A DNA stretch of 64,000 nt from Verrucomicrobiales bacterium (GTDB lineage Bacteria > Verrucomicrobiota > Verrucomicrobiia > Verrucomicrobiales > V1-33): contig JANOAV010000189.1 of NCBI GenBank assembly GCA_031411295.1, forward strand, positions 32,001-96,000, given 5' to 3'. The notes below the pieces were generated by a model. That model was not told the origin of the DNA. It ran no database searches and worked only from the letters and a program-made list of their open reading frames with translations. Numbering within the stretch: position 1 is the stretch's first letter; every line of letters begins with the position of its first letter. This document shows positions 48,624-60,159 of this stretch, piece by piece. Made by a program: the position numbers and the translations under genes.

Positions 48624-49341
48624 GCCCCTGCATCGTTACGGCTCGGGCTTCTGGAACGCTCACCGCATTAATCTGCACCTGCATACTATTCAAGAGCGCG
48701 GCATCCGCTCCCTGGAGTCCGTAGAAACGGATTTCCAATGGCGCGTCCCCTCGGTAATTCAAATTCGCAAAGTCCCAACTGTAGGCGCGCCCCTGCGTAT
48801 TGAGCCCGCCGCGCGAAGTCGTGATGGCGCTGGTGAAATTGTCTGCACTTGTGCCTGCCCATGCTGTCGTGGCGAGGCTCAGGGTGGAGGCAATCAGATC
48901 CACTTTGACCGAGGAAAACATCAAGGCCGAGGATTTATCGATCTTCAGAGAGACGTAAGACGCATAAGTATCCAGCGTGGGGGAGCCCTTCCCCAAGCTG
49001 AAGGTGTGCTTGGTGCTTCCGATGCCCGATGGGGCGAATCCCTGCTGTAGCATGGCACCCTCTTTGCCCCGGTTCCATGGCTTGCTGGCATCAATCAATC
49101 CCCAACGACTGGTCGAAAGTTCATCATCCCCATAGTTGGCTGCACTGAGAGTAAACGTCTTTCCACTGCTGGTCGTGCGCAGTAGCATCGACTCTCCGTC
49201 GGCATACCTCGAGTCGATCAGCTTTTCCATTCCTGTGCCTAATAGATTTAGCGACATCATGGCAGCCTTCGTCACGGATGCCCCGAACAGAAGCGCGAGC
49301 GTGATGATAGAGCAAGTAAATCGACTGAATTTTGAACGCAT
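48571..49341 (-). CDS. PEP-CTERM-like exported protein (degenerate tail)
   Basis: Signal peptide; C-terminal VPEARAVTMQGLMGSVWLLRRRR. Confidence 0.7.
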   Translation of the reverse strand: MRSKFSRFTCSIITLALLFGASVTKAAMMSLNLLGTGMEKLIDSRYADGESMLLRTTSSGKTFTLSAANYGDDELSTSRWGLIDASKPWNRGKEGAMLQQGFAPSGIGSTKHTFSLGKGSPTLDTYASYVSLKIDKSSALMFSSVKVDLIASTLSLATTAWAGTSADNFTSAITTSRGGLNTQGRAYSWDFANLNYRGDAPLEIRFYGLQGADAALLNSMQVQINAVSVPEARAVTMQGLMGSVWLLRRRRHPAGR

Positions 49342-49501
49342 AAACAATAATATCAATAATTACTATCATCAGTGAAGCGGGATTGCAAGCGTTGAGTAGA
49401 GATATTTTTGCAATTTAAGTATCTTTGCAGTGCGAATGCTTGGAAAATCTGAAATTTCTCTTGCATTAACCATCATAATCCGTAAGATTATCGAATTCGA
49501 T

Positions 49502-50577
49502 ATGCAAAATCGCAAAAATATTATCTCATCATCCTTTCCGCGTCTTCTCGCTCTCATCGGGACAGCGGCCATTTTGATCGATCACAGCTGTGCAGCAACC
49601 AGCGCATGGACGGTGGATCTGAGCTTCGACGCTTTCGCTGGGCAGCCGGGAGGTTTTGCGGACGCCACCAATGCTCCGGACACCCTTCGGAACCAGGCAA
49701 ATTCGGGGATCCTGACTCGGGCTTATGATGTCGTTCAGGAGGGCCCGGCCAATGGGCTGAGCGGGCAACCAACCTATACCATGGGCCAGGATGGGGTTAA
49801 TGACCTGACTATCCGCACCCTGCTCTTGGATGGCTCTACCGGCCGCTGGGCGAAGGTGGCAGCCGAGCAACGCCGAGGAACCTTGCGCATGAGCAGCTTG
49901 GTTGATCTTGGAACGAGCGGTGCCGGGGATTTTGCGGTCGTTGCCTTTGAGGTTAGTTTCGCGAGTTCGTTGGGGGTGTCGGCAGATCAATTGGCGATTC
50001 GTTTGGCCAGCGCCAATGGTTCGAGTCAGCTTTATGAATGGTCCATGGTTACGGCAGGAGGATTAAATGACGCTCCGTTTTCCCTGGCTCAGCTTGGGAC
50101 CTATAACGGTGGCATCTATAATGCAGACTCTCCGCAGTCCTTGGGCAATGGGGACGCACTTGCGACCGGGCGCTCCATTTCGCAATATCTCGCTGGAGCA
50201 CCAGCTTCCGCTAATCCCAGTGGAGGAGCGGTCGCCAATGGATGGTGGGCAATCGATGACTTCAATACCCAAGTTCCTAATGGCGACGAATCCTTCGGGG
50301 TGAACGGGGGCGATGGCCCATTGAGGACAACCAAACTATCACTGGTGAGAGCTTGGGCCTCACGGGGCAGCCCCTTACCAGTTTTACGGTTTGGTTTGGT
50401 CTGCATGACGTGGCCTTTGACACCAATGGAGATGGTTTCACCCTGACCGAAGCCACCCCTGCCGCCTCCTTCACTGGACTATCGTTTGGCTCCAATTTAA
50501 CCACTGTGCCAGAACCCACGGGGACGTTCTTCTTGCTCTTAGGATTAGGTGGCTGTGGCCTCCGCAGAAGGAGATGA
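49502..50577 (+). pseudogene. PEP-CTERM protein split by a one-base frameshift near 50319
   Basis: ORF 49430-50446 loses its composition after GDGP. The other frame reads IEDNQTITGESLGLTGQ...VPEPTGTFFLLLGLGGCGLRRRR. Confidence 0.75.
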
Positions 50578-50798
50578 TGCTCGTTTGCGCTCAGCGTGAG
50601 CACCCAAACCCCGAGATTTTGGCGGTTCTGGCCGTCGCCTACACCCTTATCAATTGTGATTGGGTTGGTCGATCATTCGCACCTGATTGGCTAGATTTTT
50701 GCAAATGTGAATTATTTTAGTTGCGGAAATTATAGAAATTATTAAAGTTCACTTAATAATAATTTTAATATTTCCGTCACTCACATCCGATCCACTGC

Positions 50799-52142
50799 AT
50801 GTCTCTAGCCAAGGCCAGAAAAATTATCCGTCGCAATAAGAAGGGAGAAGCTCAGCGTCTGTTTGAACTTCCGCCGATTGAGCGTCGGACCAAGGCCTCG
50901 GAAGAAACGGAAGCAAGCGTGCCCATCGAGAGACTACGCGAAGAAATGTCGCTTTTTCGGGAAATGTTCGAGCAATTCCTGCTGTTTCGCCTTACGAGCA
51001 AGCCATCAGCCGAGTCTGCCCCCAAAAAAGTCTGGACGCCCCGCTCCGAAGAACCTCTGGAAGCACTCTACCGCCGTCGCGTGTATCCCGTGCAGCTCGT
51101 CCGCGGACGGGTGGAGTTCGCCTGTCCGGCCTGCCAACGCCCCACCGAGCTTGCGGCAGAGCAAACCGGACAAAAGGCCCGCTGCCCACTCTGTCATTCA
51201 GCCATTACCGTGCCGCGTCCCGGCCGATCCCTCCGGGGACTGAATATGGAGCGGGACGTTGAGTCGTTACTGCATCCAGAGCGCTTCCAAGCGGTGCCCG
51301 CGCACGGCTGGGCCGGGATGCGAAAAAAGCATTTCCGGCAGGCGAGAATTCTCGCATCACTCTCCGTGGTGCTGGCCATGCTTTTGATTAACGGTTACCG
51401 CAAGCTGCAAGGCGGGCGGCTGGAGCCCTTCGGTGTCACTCCGACCATCGCCACCTCCATCCCGGACTCCCCATTGACCGCCGCAGAGCAAATCGTGCGG
51501 CAATACTTGGCCGCCGATGGCATTCACGCCAAGGCATCCTTCGTGCGTGATCCAGAGCGGGTCATGCCCCTCATGGATGACTACTATGCGCGGCATTCCG
51601 GTAGCGTGCCTGTGACTTGGAAATCCATTCAAGCGCAAGAGACTGGATTTTATTCCGGCAGCGAATTACTTCATCCCAGCACCAACGTGAAGGTAGAGAC
51701 GGTGTCTGGCAATCGGCTCGACTTCACGGTAGAACACACCCCTCAGGGACCCCGCATCGAGTGGGAAAGTTCCCTGGGCTACAGCCCTCAGGAATGGCCC
51801 GCCGTGCTGGCGGCCAAAGCCCAATCGGCCCCCATGCGCGTGCTGGCCGCCTTGGATGATTACTACAATTTCGACTTTGCCGATGAGCGCGCCCAGATGT
51901 GCGTCCGCTTGCAGGACCCGGAAAATAATGAATTACTGGGATATGGTTACCTGGAGCGTCAACAAGCCGCTGCCGTCGCATTGCGCGCGATGCTGGAAGA
52001 TGCCTCGCCAGAATCTCCCCGGCCAATTGTCGTCGAGGTTACTGCCACGGAACATTCCCAGGATACCAAGCAGGTGCGAATCGTAAAGGTTCTGAGCGAC
52101 GGCTGGCGCACCGGTTTGCCAACGATGGCGAGTGCCCGTTAG
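50799..52142 (+). CDS. Hypothetical membrane protein with zinc ribbon
   Basis: CPAC...CPLC, one TM, then a periplasmic domain (IEWES, DDYYNFDF). Confidence 0.75.
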   Translation: MSLAKARKIIRRNKKGEAQRLFELPPIERRTKASEETEASVPIERLREEMSLFREMFEQFLLFRLTSKPSAESAPKKVWTPRSEEPLEALYRRRVYPVQLVRGRVEFACPACQRPTELAAEQTGQKARCPLCHSAITVPRPGRSLRGLNMERDVESLLHPERFQAVPAHGWAGMRKKHFRQARILASLSVVLAMLLINGYRKLQGGRLEPFGVTPTIATSIPDSPLTAAEQIVRQYLAADGIHAKASFVRDPERVMPLMDDYYARHSGSVPVTWKSIQAQETGFYSGSELLHPSTNVKVETVSGNRLDFTVEHTPQGPRIEWESSLGYSPQEWPAVLAAKAQSAPMRVLAALDDYYNFDFADERAQMCVRLQDPENNELLGYGYLERQQAAAVALRAMLEDASPESPRPIVVEVTATEHSQDTKQVRIVKVLSDGWRTGLPTMASAR

Positions 52143-52341
52143 AGTTATTGGGGGCCCTGCGCTGCTTTCCAATACCGATAGTATCATGCCGCAGGCTCAA
52201 ATCCGTCCAATTTCACACACGGCGGCTAAATTTCCACATTCCGGTTTACAAGCGCTCTGCCCTTTTTAAATTCTCTGGAAGTTGCACAACCGCCATGGGC
52301 ATGTCTTTATTGCGAAATAGTTCTGTGACCCCCATTAATTC

Positions 52342-52929
52342 ATGTTTCCAGCCTCCCTATTAATCATCGCTGTTGTCATTTTCCGGTGCGCCGTTGGAGC
52401 CTCGGACGATGCCACGCGACTTATGCTGGCGAACTTTTCCCCCTTGGCCGCCATGACCGTCTGCTCGGGGGCCTTTTTCCCACGGAAATGGGCTTTGTTG
52501 GTGCCCGTCGCTGCGCAAATTTTGTCCGATATCGGCCTCCACCTGATGGGGAAATCCATCTCCTGGTCCTTCTCCATCGTCCTCGTCGTCGCCTACGTCG
52601 TCATTGCCGCCGTCGGGCTGCTGGCGAAGAAGCCTTTCACACCTTCGAAACTGCTCGGAGCGTCCTTAGTCGGGACGCTCCTTTTTTATGTCATCACAAA
52701 TACCATGGCCTTCTGGCAGGATCCTGGCTATGTGAAATCATTGGCTGGCTGGGTGCAGGCCTTAACCACCGGCATCCCCGGCTACCCACCAACGTATCTT
52801 TTCCTGTTTAAATCCATCGGTGGAGACCTGTTCTTCACCGGCCTCATCGCCTTGTTCGTTACTCGCGCCCAAGCGGCACCCGCCGCCGAAGCCGAGGAAG
52901 AACCCGCCGCCGAACCCACCGAAGCCTAA
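52342..52929 (+). CDS. DUF6580-like membrane protein (ECF S-component-like transporter)
   Basis: NFSPLAAM, LSD, LFYVITN..W and Y..SLAGW..ALT.G.P motifs; multiple TMs. Confidence 0.75.
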   Translation: MFPASLLIIAVVIFRCAVGASDDATRLMLANFSPLAAMTVCSGAFFPRKWALLVPVAAQILSDIGLHLMGKSISWSFSIVLVVAYVVIAAVGLLAKKPFTPSKLLGASLVGTLLFYVITNTMAFWQDPGYVKSLAGWVQALTTGIPGYPPTYLFLFKSIGGDLFFTGLIALFVTRAQAAPAAEAEEEPAAEPTEA

Positions 52930-52999
52930 TCAGCCATCCACCATTTCCCTCACTTCGTATTCACCCGAGTCCCCACCTTAGTTTCCTCACTCCCGCCTT

Positions 53000-54079
<1,080 letters not shown>

Positions 54080-54142
54080 TTTCCCTCGTTGCCTAACTTC
54101 CTCATTTTTTAATTTTCTCACTCTCTTATTTCCTAATCAGCA

Positions 54143-55150
54143 ATGCGCCAGATTACCTACCGTGAAGCCATCCGTGAAGCGCTCGATGAAGAGTTAGCCC
54201 GGGATAAAAACGTCATCCTCATGGGCGAAGAAGTTGCCCAATACAACGGAGCCTACAAAGTTACCCAAGGCCTCTGGGATAAGTGGGGGGACACCCGCGT
54301 CATGGACATGCCCATTTCCGAAGCTGGATTCATCGGCATGGGCATTGGAGCTTCCATGCTCGGCACCCGCCCCGTCATGGAACTCATGTTCTGGAGTTTC
54401 GCCTACGTGGCCTTCGATCAAATCATTAACAACGCAGCCAGCGTGCGCTACATGAGCGGTGGGAAGATCAATTGCCCCATCGTCATCCGCGGCCCCGCCA
54501 ACGGCGGCACCAGCGTGGGCGCCACCCACAGCCACACCCCGGAAAACTTCATCGCCAACACCCCGGGCCTCAAAGTCGTGTGCCCCGCCACCGCCTACGA
54601 TGCCAAAGGCCTCATGAAAGCTGCCATCCGTGACAACGACCCCGTCTATGTCATGGAATCCACCGTCCTCTATGGCGAACTCTGGGACGTGCCCGAAAAC
54701 AGCGAACTCCCCGATGGCGAACTCATCATCCCCCTCGGCAAAGCCGACATCAAACGCGAAGGCACCGACATCTCCCTCATCGCCCACGGCCGCAGCGTCA
54801 TCGTCTGCCTAGCCGCCGCCAAAATCCTCGAAGAAGAACACGGCATCAACGCCGAAGTCGTGGACCTCCGCAGCATCCGCCCCCTCGACCAGGAAACCAT
54901 CCTCGAAAGCGTGCGCAAAACAAACAAAGCCATCTACGTCGAAGAGAACAAACCCTTCTGTGGAGTCGGCAGCCAGATCGTCAGCATGATCCAAGAACAC
55001 GCCTTCGACGACCTCGATGCCCCCGTCCTGCGCATCAGCGCCATCGACGCCCCCGCCATCTACAGCCCCCCCACCGAAAAACTCCAACTCCCCTACGCCA
55101 GCCAAATCGCGGACAAAGTCCTAACGATCTGCGAGCCGGCGTATGCTTGA
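54143..55150 (+). CDS. pdhB: Pyruvate dehydrogenase E1 beta
   Basis: MGEEV..YNGAYKVT, PISEAGF, ATHSH, DLRSIRPLD and FDDLDAP motifs. Confidence 0.95.
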   Translation: MRQITYREAIREALDEELARDKNVILMGEEVAQYNGAYKVTQGLWDKWGDTRVMDMPISEAGFIGMGIGASMLGTRPVMELMFWSFAYVAFDQIINNAASVRYMSGGKINCPIVIRGPANGGTSVGATHSHTPENFIANTPGLKVVCPATAYDAKGLMKAAIRDNDPVYVMESTVLYGELWDVPENSELPDGELIIPLGKADIKREGTDISLIAHGRSVIVCLAAAKILEEEHGINAEVVDLRSIRPLDQETILESVRKTNKAIYVEENKPFCGVGSQIVSMIQEHAFDDLDAPVLRISAIDAPAIYSPPTEKLQLPYASQIADKVLTICEPAYA

Positions 55151-55193
55151 GCGGGCGTTGTGGGATTTCTCCGCAGCTTTAACCTAGGAGCAA

Positions 55194-56693
55194 CTAGCGG
55201 TTCGTGCGGCTTTGTGCCGCGCGGAAAAGTCCAGCATACATTTCCATGGCCGCAGGGTTCCAAATATCATTGTGACCACTGATAATTTCTTTATCACAGT
55301 TGATGACCCAGTAGTCGGAATCCTTCATTGCGGGGACCTTCCCCCCTATGCTATATGGCGTGCTTGGAGATTCAATTTCCAACCGCCAAACGGCGGCAGG
55401 AAGGTGTCCCGCTGAAGTGAAGAACCTGTCATGGTCAGTTACGTTGGCAGCCAAGTTCGCACTCATCACGGCATCGTGGCTCGTGTCTGATGGCAGATTT
55501 GCACCTGGCTGTTTCACGATCCAGTGGTTGATTAAAAGGGGTTGGTGACCGGGTGTTTTGTTGTAAAATGCGGACTGACGTATGGGATCATGATCTGGGA
55601 ATCCAGCTTGGCCGGGATCAACCAGAACTCCATTTGTATATTTCCGCTGGAGGCTGGGATCAAGAGGGGCTAGGAGATTGCCGATGGGGTGGACCTTCCC
55701 AGTGGCCCAATCTGCGGTTGAAGTGACGGAAATAATGACCGGGGCATCTGAGGTTGGATTGCCACTGCGCTCTAGGCCCCTACGGTAGGCCATCAGGAAG
55801 TCCCGCATTTCTTTGGCGTAAATCGATGGGGCAGCGGAATTTACTAGCAAGACCAGATCGAAGGGCATTGCGGGTGCCTGCATCCCCTGCACGCTTTTAT
55901 CCTGCCACATCATCGTCAGTGCACCCGTCATGGCTTGACCCAGGGATCGTTCTAACATCAGTGCTCCGAAAGAGTGTCCCAACACTACGACACGATTGCT
56001 TGGAGCCTTGCCGAAGCCCTTGGCCGCAGCCGCGTAAGTAAACGCAGCCCGCGCGATTGGAAGTCCGCAAACTTTGCTTTCAGCAGCAGCTTTCCGGTTC
56101 CAATAGCTCAACGTTTCAGGAATTGTCCCAGTCATGGCAAACCTGCGTTGATATTGAGCGGCCACGATGGGTTCCGCACCATAGAACTGCTGCGTAGTCA
56201 GCAAGTTTAAGTTGGATTTCCCTTGGTCCACATAAGGCTTGAAGGAATTCCCACGCCAGCCCAAATACACTCCATGCACTCGCAGGCCTTTAGCTCGAAT
56301 TTCCTTGCTAGCTGCTAACTGACCCAGGAATGCGTTAAACTCAATCACATCCCCAGATTGCGAATTATTTTTCCACCCATGGCAATAGATCATTACCAAG
56401 ACCCGCTGGCCAGAATCCACCATGGTTCTGATACGTTCCTCACAATCTCTGTGCTGCTGGAAATCTAAAAAATCCCCCCGTTCATCAAACTCTACGAAGG
56501 AGCAAGAAATCGGAACCCCGTCCGAGTTTTTGCCTTCAATGTAAGCGCTAAGCCCTTGCGGATGCAGGCTTCCAGGCTTAGAGTGGAGTCGCATGGCTTT
56601 ACCGTTCGCAGCGCATCCTGGGAGGAGAAAAAGGATGCCAGCAAGGAGAACGAGCGACCCGAGCGCAATGGTGAATGTTGAATTGATAATCAT
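55194..56693 (-). CDS. Alpha/beta-hydrolase-fold lipoprotein
   Basis: Lipobox LPGC; YCHGWKNN and nucleophile elbow GHSFG. Confidence 0.8.
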   Translation of the reverse strand: MIINSTFTIALGSLVLLAGILFLLPGCAANGKAMRLHSKPGSLHPQGLSAYIEGKNSDGVPISCSFVEFDERGDFLDFQQHRDCEERIRTMVDSGQRVLVMIYCHGWKNNSQSGDVIEFNAFLGQLAASKEIRAKGLRVHGVYLGWRGNSFKPYVDQGKSNLNLLTTQQFYGAEPIVAAQYQRRFAMTGTIPETLSYWNRKAAAESKVCGLPIARAAFTYAAAAKGFGKAPSNRVVVLGHSFGALMLERSLGQAMTGALTMMWQDKSVQGMQAPAMPFDLVLLVNSAAPSIYAKEMRDFLMAYRRGLERSGNPTSDAPVIISVTSTADWATGKVHPIGNLLAPLDPSLQRKYTNGVLVDPGQAGFPDHDPIRQSAFYNKTPGHQPLLINHWIVKQPGANLPSDTSHDAVMSANLAANVTDHDRFFTSAGHLPAAVWRLEIESPSTPYSIGGKVPAMKDSDYWVINCDKEIISGHNDIWNPAAMEMYAGLFRAAQSRTNR

Positions 56694-56714
56694 AAATTTA
56701 ATTTTAGTGCGAGT

Positions 56715-58151
56715 TTACAAATAATATTCAAAGAACAACGGTGTCTCAAACAGTCCTAAACCAGTAGCGGGATCACCTGCAATTTTGTCGTTATCCGTGC
56801 GAGCAAAGGCAACGCATTTTTCTTCAAGTCGATCAACCAAACCGGGGAGAGGCATGTGCAACCAGCCTTTGGTTTCATGGGCGACTTTTTCATCTACGGG
56901 CATCATGGCTACTAAATTCGGACTCGTCATGCGCTCTAGCCCTTTCTCCCGTAGGGTAGCATTATGGCTCCCATGATGTCCTACTTTATAGAAAATTGTG
57001 CGTGCAAGCAAATCAGCCGCTTTCACCTCTTGCTTCACGCCTTGGCCATCGGTGACTTTCCAAGTGTAATCGTCCCATGAAAGCCAATTTCCAGCTTGAG
57101 CATCCCCGACGAACAACAGCACTTCGCCTGTCTCAACGAGCTCGAATGCTAGCACGAGACTAGTATTGTTGGTATCGTTGTCTAGTTGCAATGCGAGACG
57201 TTCGCCCACGGCTAGCCAATCACCATCGATATTGCGCCACGACTCATCTGAAGAAAGATACCTCTCACTCGTCGCTTTGCAATCACTGGCAGCCCGCCGG
57301 AAAGTGGGGGCAAAAGGTTGAGCGCGGGCTGCTGAACACGGCGTTTCCTCTATGCCCAAGGCCGCCGAATAGGCGTCCGCTAGGCTCATGTCTTGGCCTG
57401 TTAGTCCGTAACCTTGGCCCTTGCCGGGATTCGTCTTATGCAGTTTGGTTTTATCCTCCGGCGGGCCGAGCACATAGATGCGAACGCCATCCACGCCCGG
57501 AATTGCCAAAGGCTTGCTTCCCGGCTTGAAGGTCTGCTGCTTTTTGATTTTACCTTTGAGATAATCCAGCGCCGCCTGCGTGCCGCCTGCAGGCGCTCCC
57601 CCATCTCCGTCCCCTGCAATGCCTAGGAAGCCCAACAGTGCTTCCATACGTTGGATGCGCTTGGGGCTGACTTTGAGCTTTTTGAGTCTGGCCTTGGTCT
57701 CGGCTGAGGCCTTTTTCTTGGCTTCGCGTTCTTTTCTCAATTGCTGGGCAAGGTCATCCTTCGGGTCTTCAGTCCATGCCAGCCAAAGTTGTCCAAAATC
57801 GATTTTATCAAAGCTGCCTTGCGCTTGGCCTGTGGTGAATCCTGAAAGATGATCCCAATGCTCGTGAGTAATGACCAGCACATCGATTTTCCCATCAGTC
57901 TCCGCACGCAGGTCCTCAGCCACTTTTTCCATGATGGCAGCAGGGTTTTTGGTTCCCAGAACAACTCCGCAGTCTATCATCAAATGCACTGGCGTGCGGT
58001 CCTTCTTAGGAAATGTTAGTAGGAAACAATCCCCCAGACCTTGGCGATACATGCGGATTCGAACGCGGAATTTCGTAGGGACTTCACGCTTACTGGCTGC
58101 TTTTGCAGCAGACTTGCGGGCCGTCTTTGCTGGCGATTTTTTTGCAGGCAT
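56715..58151 (-). CDS. MBL-fold (ComEC/Rec2-like) metallo-hydrolase
   Basis: GLGDCFLL, IDCG, THEHWDH, NNTSLV, FVGDAQ and KVGHHGSHN motifs. Confidence 0.9.
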   Translation of the reverse strand: MPAKKSPAKTARKSAAKAASKREVPTKFRVRIRMYRQGLGDCFLLTFPKKDRTPVHLMIDCGVVLGTKNPAAIMEKVAEDLRAETDGKIDVLVITHEHWDHLSGFTTGQAQGSFDKIDFGQLWLAWTEDPKDDLAQQLRKEREAKKKASAETKARLKKLKVSPKRIQRMEALLGFLGIAGDGDGGAPAGGTQAALDYLKGKIKKQQTFKPGSKPLAIPGVDGVRIYVLGPPEDKTKLHKTNPGKGQGYGLTGQDMSLADAYSAALGIEETPCSAARAQPFAPTFRRAASDCKATSERYLSSDESWRNIDGDWLAVGERLALQLDNDTNNTSLVLAFELVETGEVLLFVGDAQAGNWLSWDDYTWKVTDGQGVKQEVKAADLLARTIFYKVGHHGSHNATLREKGLERMTSPNLVAMMPVDEKVAHETKGWLHMPLPGLVDRLEEKCVAFARTDNDKIAGDPATGLGLFETPLFFEYYL

Positions 58152-58178
58152 AATTAGAGATAGTTTGTGGTGAATGTG

Positions 58179-60116
58179 TTAATACTCGGTGTGAAGCATC
58201 GCAAAAGGTTCCCCCTCATTGTCCATGCCGTAAGTGCTGGCTAGCGAGGCTGTCTGTGGATTTATCAAGGATTCAATAGCTGCGGTGATTCTACCTTCAG
58301 GGCCTTTTTGATTAAAGAGTGGCTTGCGCACCAAATACTGCACCATGCCTAGATCCAGATCGAAAATAAACGTGCAGCCACCCCAAATTTCGGGCCGTTT
58401 ATTGTCATTGTCTTTCGGTCCTAGTGCACAATGCTGGAGGATGGTAAAGATGACTTGGTTAAGAGTCGTGCCGTCCGGACGTTGCCTGCGGACTCGCCAG
58501 AGGGAATGAACTTCAAAGCGCACGCTTCCTGAGCTTTCGATTGTGAAATCCAAGCCCGTCTGCTTTTGCAAAACCTCATCGTCAAATTCCCACCAAAACT
58601 TGGCTTGCAGATGAAAGTGGAGTTCGGCGCGTTTCAGCCGAGTAGCTTCCCATCGATCACGGCGTCGGTTAGCCCATCCAAGTTCCGAGAAGAAGGGCTT
58701 TAATTTATCACCAAGAGTGTGAATTTGATGATATTCTTTAATCGCATCTGCCGCATCCCAAGTGAGACTTTCTTCAGACAAGGAACGGAGCTTGGGCGGA
58801 AAAATGCCATGCTGTCTAAATGCATCAATAAAGGCTAGTCGGTAGCCACGGTCATCGCTGGGAACCACGTCCCGATCCGCAGTGATCAACGCCCTAAGAT
58901 AGTCCCCGAAGGTGATGTCCACGGGTGGGCAATAGTCCAGAGCGCGGATGCACATTGTCAGGATTTGGCCAGCGGTCTTCACTGCTTCCTTGGCAAGTCT
59001 ATTTACTAGGTCTGGGTGGAGTTCTCCTTCTTGCAAAATTCCCGTGCCTCCGCTGGCAATTCTGCGGAGGTCTTTAATTCTCGAGTTGTAAATGGTGACG
59101 AAGGCATCGAAAACTGCAGAAACTAGGATGGCACCTCGCCCATGAGGCTCCAACTCGTCAGCTAGTTTGCGGGGATCCGGTGCCCGCCGTTCCCATTTTC
59201 CCGTAGCCTCGTTTTTCTCGCCTAGAGCATCGCGTAAGGACTCCCGGTTTCCCGTGGCCCGTCCGAATTCCTGCGCTAATTCCCCCAAAAGGTTATTGGT
59301 TTCCAAATCACCTCTGGTCTTGGCAATCTGATGTTTCACTACCTCCAAAAAAGTAAAGTGTTGGAAGAGGGCTACAATGTCTGCAAAAGCTTCGTGAAAT
59401 GCCAATCCGTCTGGCTGAGTGACTTCCATGAATTTAGGATAAATGCCATCCAGAATCGCATGGGTTGTTTCGTGCGCGATGATGTCGTGTGAGAGGCACC
59501 CAAAAACAATCCCACCGGGATAGTAAACGGCACCGCCTACCTCTGACGCTGGGAAATAGCCGAAAAGCAGTGCTTTCTTGGAGGGGGAGTAATAAGCATT
59601 GGCCTCACGGAGCGCATGGGGATACACCCGCAGTCTTTCTACGAACATACCCAGTTTTTGTTTCTCGCTCAGTTCGCCCCAAGTCGTTCCCATTTCTTCT
59701 GGAGTGCGATCCGACCACATCACGGGGCGTCCTAATGCGCGCTCAAAATTTTTGATCGTAGTCATGACCACAGCATAAACCATTTGCTGATGGAACTGCG
59801 GATTGGAGGAGAGCGGCGGGAGACCATCCTGTGCTAAGAGATGCGGATGGTCTAGATCTACTGGTTCATACCAAGCATCGCTAGGAGGATCGACATCTAC
59901 GACTTCCACATAATCCCCCACCGGGCCGGGAGCCAGACTTTCCCACGGAACTGTATAGACTCGTTGATTGATCGCTGCGGTATCCAAATTCGAGGACAGG
60001 CTAGGATCGAACGAGAAGCCCCTCAATTTGCGAAATTGAGGCTTGTGCTTGAGATTCGGCTGTGGTGCCGCAGATGATTTTTGAGATGCTTTTTTTGCAA
60101 TGGTTTTGCTAGGCAT
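58179..60116 (-). CDS. M4-like (gluzincin) zinc metallopeptidase
   Basis: NAYY, DIIAHETTHA, AFHEAFAD and EPHGRG motifs; no signal peptide; start ATG 60116. Confidence 0.85.
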   Translation of the reverse strand: MPSKTIAKKASQKSSAAPQPNLKHKPQFRKLRGFSFDPSLSSNLDTAAINQRVYTVPWESLAPGPVGDYVEVVDVDPPSDAWYEPVDLDHPHLLAQDGLPPLSSNPQFHQQMVYAVVMTTIKNFERALGRPVMWSDRTPEEMGTTWGELSEKQKLGMFVERLRVYPHALREANAYYSPSKKALLFGYFPASEVGGAVYYPGGIVFGCLSHDIIAHETTHAILDGIYPKFMEVTQPDGLAFHEAFADIVALFQHFTFLEVVKHQIAKTRGDLETNNLLGELAQEFGRATGNRESLRDALGEKNEATGKWERRAPDPRKLADELEPHGRGAILVSAVFDAFVTIYNSRIKDLRRIASGGTGILQEGELHPDLVNRLAKEAVKTAGQILTMCIRALDYCPPVDITFGDYLRALITADRDVVPSDDRGYRLAFIDAFRQHGIFPPKLRSLSEESLTWDAADAIKEYHQIHTLGDKLKPFFSELGWANRRRDRWEATRLKRAELHFHLQAKFWWEFDDEVLQKQTGLDFTIESSGSVRFEVHSLWRVRRQRPDGTTLNQVIFTILQHCALGPKDNDNKRPEIWGGCTFIFDLDLGMVQYLVRKPLFNQKGPEGRITAAIESLINPQTASLASTYGMDNEGEPFAMLHTEY

Positions 60117-60159
60117 GGTATTAGTGGAGTTTCGGTTCGCAAGGTTGTAGGCCAGACAC

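Noticed and set aside
52143..52341. Possible cobalamin riboswitch upstream of the DUF6580 transporter
   Set aside because: No recognisable B12-box or conserved core sequences by eye.
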